Of a stretch of 64,000 nt of DNA, positions 60,646-64,000 are shown one piece after another. Under the pieces are notes generated by a model. The model saw only the letters and a list, made by a program, of their open reading frames with translations. It was not told the DNA's origin and did not search any database. The stretch spans positions 7,657 to 71,656 of the forward strand of contig QJVW01000094.1 in NCBI GenBank assembly GCA_003235575.1, written 5' to 3'. The DNA comes from Candidatus Eiseniibacteriota bacterium. GTDB lineage: Bacteria; Eisenbacteria; RBG-16-71-46; SZUA-252. Made by a program: the position numbers and the translations under genes. Every line of letters begins with the position of its first letter. The first letter of the stretch is position 1.

Positions 60646-62364
60646 CTAGTCCGGGATCGTGTAGAGAAAGGCTCGCCGAAGCCGGGCCGGGCGGCCCTCG
60701 GGATCGAACCCGCCACGCAGCCAGGCGAGCCACGTCGCGAGGTCCTCCTGCGACATGGCTTCGGGCCGGAACTCGATGGCGCCGTAGGAGAAGCGGTCGG
60801 TGCTCCAGGCCAGATTGCTCCGCTTGTAGAAGAACGCGCAGAGGCGGTCGCGGTTCTCGCGCGGCCGGAACACCTTCATGCGGCAACGGGCCGCCGGCCC
60901 GTCGTCTCCGTCGTTCGGCGCCACCTCCATCGTGCCGTTCCGCTCCTCGATCCGGAACGCCCCGGGCTTGCGGTCCGTTACCGAGCGCAATGCCTCGAAG
61001 ACGTCACGAAGCGAGTCCGCCCGCGCCGTCGCGGCCCGCGCCTCCTCGGCCGCGGGTTCGCCGGACGGCTCCGCCTCGCACCCCTCGGGTCGCGCCGCCT
61101 GGCTTCCGGCGCCTCCATTTCGCCGCTCCAGCAGCGCGCGGAGCGGCGCCTCCGGCACGCGTCGCCGCCGCGATTTCCAGGCGAACAGGGGACGGGCCGC
61201 CACGCGCGTCGCCGCCAGGCGGAGATCGTAGAGCCAGGTGGCCGCGCCGGCGGGCGCGAGTTCCCGCGCGTCGTCGGGCTGGACGATGAGGCTCACCTCG
61301 ATGTTCGGGGCGGCGCCGATGGGGATGCCGTTCCGGCGACAGGCTTCGTAGACGTGCGCGAAGACGGCGCGCATCTCCTCGTACTTCGGGGTCGGGTGGC
61401 GCTCCATCTCGGCGCCGATGACCGGCCGGAAGATGCAGACGGTAGGGAAGGCGCCCACGGACGTGATGTAGTCGATGGCGCGCATCGTGTCCTCGATCGG
61501 CTCGATGCCCGCGATGATCTCACCGGAAACCGCGCCCTTTCCCAGGCGCCGGGAGACGTACTCCAGCGCACGGAAGAAGGTCTCCTGTCCGGCCGCGCGC
61601 TCTTTGCCGGGAAGGTAGCGCGCGAAGTACTCCGGATTGTGCAGCTCGTAGCAGAAGGAGAAGTGGTCGGCGCCAAGCTCGATCATCCGGTCGTACTGCT
61701 CCAGGTCCCGCGTCGGGAAGAGCTGCACGCCGACCAGCGCGCCCACCTGCTCCTTCACGGCCTTGACGTAGGGCGCCGCCAGCGCAAGATCGCGTCCCGC
61801 CTGGTATCCGCTGTTGAAGTGGACGAACGTGACGCCGGATTCCGCCTTCGCTGCGCGCGCGACTTCGACGACGTCGTCGAGATGCTTCTCCGCGACCTCG
61901 TTCACGCCGACGTTGGACCCGGTCGTGCAGAACCGGCAGTTCTGGGCTGGATTGGAGTACCAGAAGAGGCAGGAGTTCGAGATGTAGATGCCGAGGTACG
62001 TGCCCTGGAGCACGCCGACGCGGCGCATCTCCGTGCCGCGCGCCGTCGTCCGCGAATACCAGGCCGGCTCCTCCGGAATCCGGACCAGGTACCGTTCGTC
62101 GTTCCGCTCGTCGTGAACGTGGTACGCCCCGTCGTGCTGCGTCAGGACGTAGGGGGACCGGCGGGCGAAATCCTCCTCCACCGGCACGTTCAGCCAGATG
62201 TCCTTGCGGGATCCGGGGAGAACGAGTTCCAAGCCCGAGCCCAGGCCCGCGCGGGTGCGGGTGACCTTACGCGCGTTCTCCTCCAGGTGGCAGCTGGGAT
62301 CGACGCGCACCCCGTTGCAGAAGAGGTCGATTTCGAGTTCGCAGGTGTTTCGTCGCGGGACCAT
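60646..62364 (-). CDS. Radical SAM protein (CX10CX2C) with an extra C-terminal domain
   Basis: RTRAGLGSG, CLFWYSNPAQNCRFC, IIAGIE, FRPVIG; Ala/Glu/Pro-rich linker followed by about 115 aa of unknown function. Confidence 0.8.
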   Translation of the reverse strand: MVPRRNTCELEIDLFCNGVRVDPSCHLEENARKVTRTRAGLGSGLELVLPGSRKDIWLNVPVEEDFARRSPYVLTQHDGAYHVHDERNDERYLVRIPEEPAWYSRTTARGTEMRRVGVLQGTYLGIYISNSCLFWYSNPAQNCRFCTTGSNVGVNEVAEKHLDDVVEVARAAKAESGVTFVHFNSGYQAGRDLALAAPYVKAVKEQVGALVGVQLFPTRDLEQYDRMIELGADHFSFCYELHNPEYFARYLPGKERAAGQETFFRALEYVSRRLGKGAVSGEIIAGIEPIEDTMRAIDYITSVGAFPTVCIFRPVIGAEMERHPTPKYEEMRAVFAHVYEACRRNGIPIGAAPNIEVSLIVQPDDARELAPAGAATWLYDLRLAATRVAARPLFAWKSRRRRVPEAPLRALLERRNGGAGSQAARPEGCEAEPSGEPAAEEARAATARADSLRDVFEALRSVTDRKPGAFRIEERNGTMEVAPNDGDDGPAARCRMKVFRPRENRDRLCAFFYKRSNLAWSTDRFSYGAIEFRPEAMSQEDLATWLAWLRGGFDPEGRPARLRRAFLYTIPD

Positions 62365-62468
62365 GCAGGCGGAGGCTCCATCGCCGCCCTCGGCTCGGAC
62401 GGCGTAACATATTCATACTACGTTAGTTGCGGCCCGAATACGATGGTACCTTGGTACCGGAGCGGCCC

Positions 62469-63233
62469 CTACTTTCCGGTTTTCGGTACGGAAGCCTTCG
62501 CCAACTCGGCGTCGAGGAAGGCGAGCGTGCGGGCCCAGGCGTCCTTCGCCGCCTCCTCCCGGTAGCCGCCCCACGGGTTGTTCACGTTGGCGAAAGCATG
62601 CCCGGCGCCGTCGTAGATCTTGAAGTCCGCTTTCTTTCCCGCCTTCTTCAGCGCCTTCTCGAATTCCCGGACCTGTTCGGGGGTCGGTCCCTTGTCGTCG
62701 CCGCCGAAGTTGCCGAGGATGGTCGCTTGAATGCCGTCGATGGTCTTCGGATCCGTGATGGGGGCCCCGTAGTACATCACGCAGGCCCGGATGCCCGGAT
62801 CGGCGGCCGCCAGTCGGATCGAAAACTTGCCTCCCATGCACCACCCGATGACGCCGATCGCCTGGGCGCGCACGTCGTCGCGGCTGCGGAGGAAGTCCGT
62901 CGCCCGCACCAGCATCGCGATTCCCTCGTCCTCGGCCAGCCCGCTGAAGAGCTGGTGCGCCGTGTCCCGGTCGTGGGCCACGCGTCCCTTGTAGAGATCG
63001 ACCGCCAACGCGATGTAGCCATGGCGCGCCAGGCTGTCGGCCTGCTCTTTCACCCAGTCGTTCAGCCCCCACCATTCGTGGACGACCACGAGGGCGGGGT
63101 GCGTTCCCTTGCCTTCGGGAAGCGCCAGATAGCCCTGAAGGGATCCCTTGTCGGTCTTCATCGAGATCATGCCCGCCGTCGCGGGCGCCGCGAGCGCGGC
63201 GGTGAGGAGCAGGGTCATGGCGGCTCGGAGCAT
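62469..63233 (-). CDS. Secreted dienelactone hydrolase family protein
   Basis: Signal peptide, HEWWGLN, GWCMGG, GHAFAN. Confidence 0.92.
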   Translation of the reverse strand: MLRAAMTLLLTAALAAPATAGMISMKTDKGSLQGYLALPEGKGTHPALVVVHEWWGLNDWVKEQADSLARHGYIALAVDLYKGRVAHDRDTAHQLFSGLAEDEGIAMLVRATDFLRSRDDVRAQAIGVIGWCMGGKFSIRLAAADPGIRACVMYYGAPITDPKTIDGIQATILGNFGGDDKGPTPEQVREFEKALKKAGKKADFKIYDGAGHAFANVNNPWGGYREEAAKDAWARTLAFLDAELAKASVPKTGK

Positions 63234-63235
63234 CG

Positions 63236-64000
63236 TCAGGTTCCTCCCAGGTCATTCGTGGATTCGGATCGCTCGTCCTTCGAGTGTACCCCGATCGCGG
63301 CGCGCGCCGCGTCGATTTCCGCCGAAACGGTGCCGTCGCGCTCGGATCGTCGGGCCTCCATCAGCGCCGCCCGCGCGCGTTCGCCGCCGATCCGGCCCAG
63401 GGCCCACGCGGCGTGCGCGCGCACGTTCGGCACGTCGTGGGACGTGAGCGCGGCGGCCAGTCCGGGCACGGCCGCGGCGTCGCGCAGGTTGCCCAGCGCG
63501 ACCGCGGCGTTCCGCGCGATCCGATCGCGTCCGGCCCGCATCAACGGGGTTCCGCGATACCGGGTCTCGAAACCGGCGCGATCGATTTCCAGGAGCGGCA
63601 GGAGCCACGGCACGCGCTGGGCGAAGCGCTCCGCGAAATCGGGATCGTAGGTGGGTGTCGCGAAGCGGTTCCAGGGGCATGCCTCCTGGCAGTCGTCGCA
63701 GCCGAAGATTCGATCCCCGACCGCTTCGCGCAGCGCGATCGGTATCGCGCCGCCGTGCTCGATGGTCAGATAGGAGATGCAGCGCCGCGCGTCCACCTGG
63801 TACGGCGCCACGATCGCGCCGGTCGGACACGCGGGCAGGCACCGCTCGCAGGTCCCGCAACGCGGCCGGGCGGGCGCGTCGGCCGGGAGCGGCGCGTCGG
63901 TGATCATCTCCCCGATGAAGAACCACGAGCCCTCGCCCTGGCGAATGAGGTTGGCGTTCTTTCCGATCCACCCCAGACCCGCGCGCTCGGCCCACGCGCG
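63236..64000 (-). CDS. queG: tRNA epoxyqueuosine reductase with C-terminal HEAT repeats, 5' part outside the window
   Basis: AERAGLGWIGKN, GSWFFIGE, CGTCERCLPACPTGA, CISYLTIE, FGCDDCQEACPWN. Confidence 0.93.
   Translation of the reverse strand, partial: RAWAERAGLGWIGKNANLIRQGEGSWFFIGEMITDAPLPADAPARPRCGTCERCLPACPTGAIVAPYQVDARRCISYLTIEHGGAIPIALREAVGDRIFGCDDCQEACPWNRFATPTYDPDFAERFAQRVPWLLPLLEIDRAGFETRYRGTPLMRAGRDRIARNAAVALGNLRDAAAVPGLAAALTSHDVPNVRAHAAWALGRIGGERARAALMEARRSERDGTVSAEIDAARAAIGVHSKDERSESTNDLGGT

Overview
A 64-kb, very GC-rich, gene-dense bacterial chromosomal segment with about 60 housekeeping and accessory genes. I found no CRISPR array, rRNA, tRNA, transposase, integrase or prophage. 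A secreted S8 protease with an FlgD-Ig/'PNPFNP' C-terminal domain, a CxxxY-type Ccm system and the overall gene style suggest an FCB-related diderm such as Ca. Eisenbacteria or Latescibacterota (inference only). Recognisable content: a membrane redox pair behind a sigma54-like promoter; hpnCDE-mutY; a ChlI-like ATPase/VWA pair; lrp-lat; mpg; acyl-CoA dehydrogenase; two peroxiredoxins; pyk; an A-type Fe-S carrier, Rieske ferredoxin and Cys-less desulfurase homologue; Kef and NhaP antiporters; nrdJ with tandem NrdR boxes; acs; aceBA; a nine-gene ccm operon; ETF-QO; trxB; yceI; mutT; a radical SAM protein; queG. Many true starts lie downstream of the ORF-track starts, and the long overlapping ORFs are GC-rich shadow frames. 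The best leads are: (i) a compact three-way-junction RNA with complementary loops and an alternative RBS-occluding fold in the leader of the A-type Fe-S carrier gene; (ii) a four-gene uncharacterised membrane-protein operon (DUF6754-like) with its own promoter, lying between two GT-C-type glycosyltransferases; (iii) a BCP peroxiredoxin fused to a histone-H1-like tail; (iv) repeated leaderless TAnnnT-N6-ATG gene starts; (v) a CX10CX2C radical SAM protein with an appended unknown domain. All family names are recognised from motifs by eye and were not confirmed by any database search.
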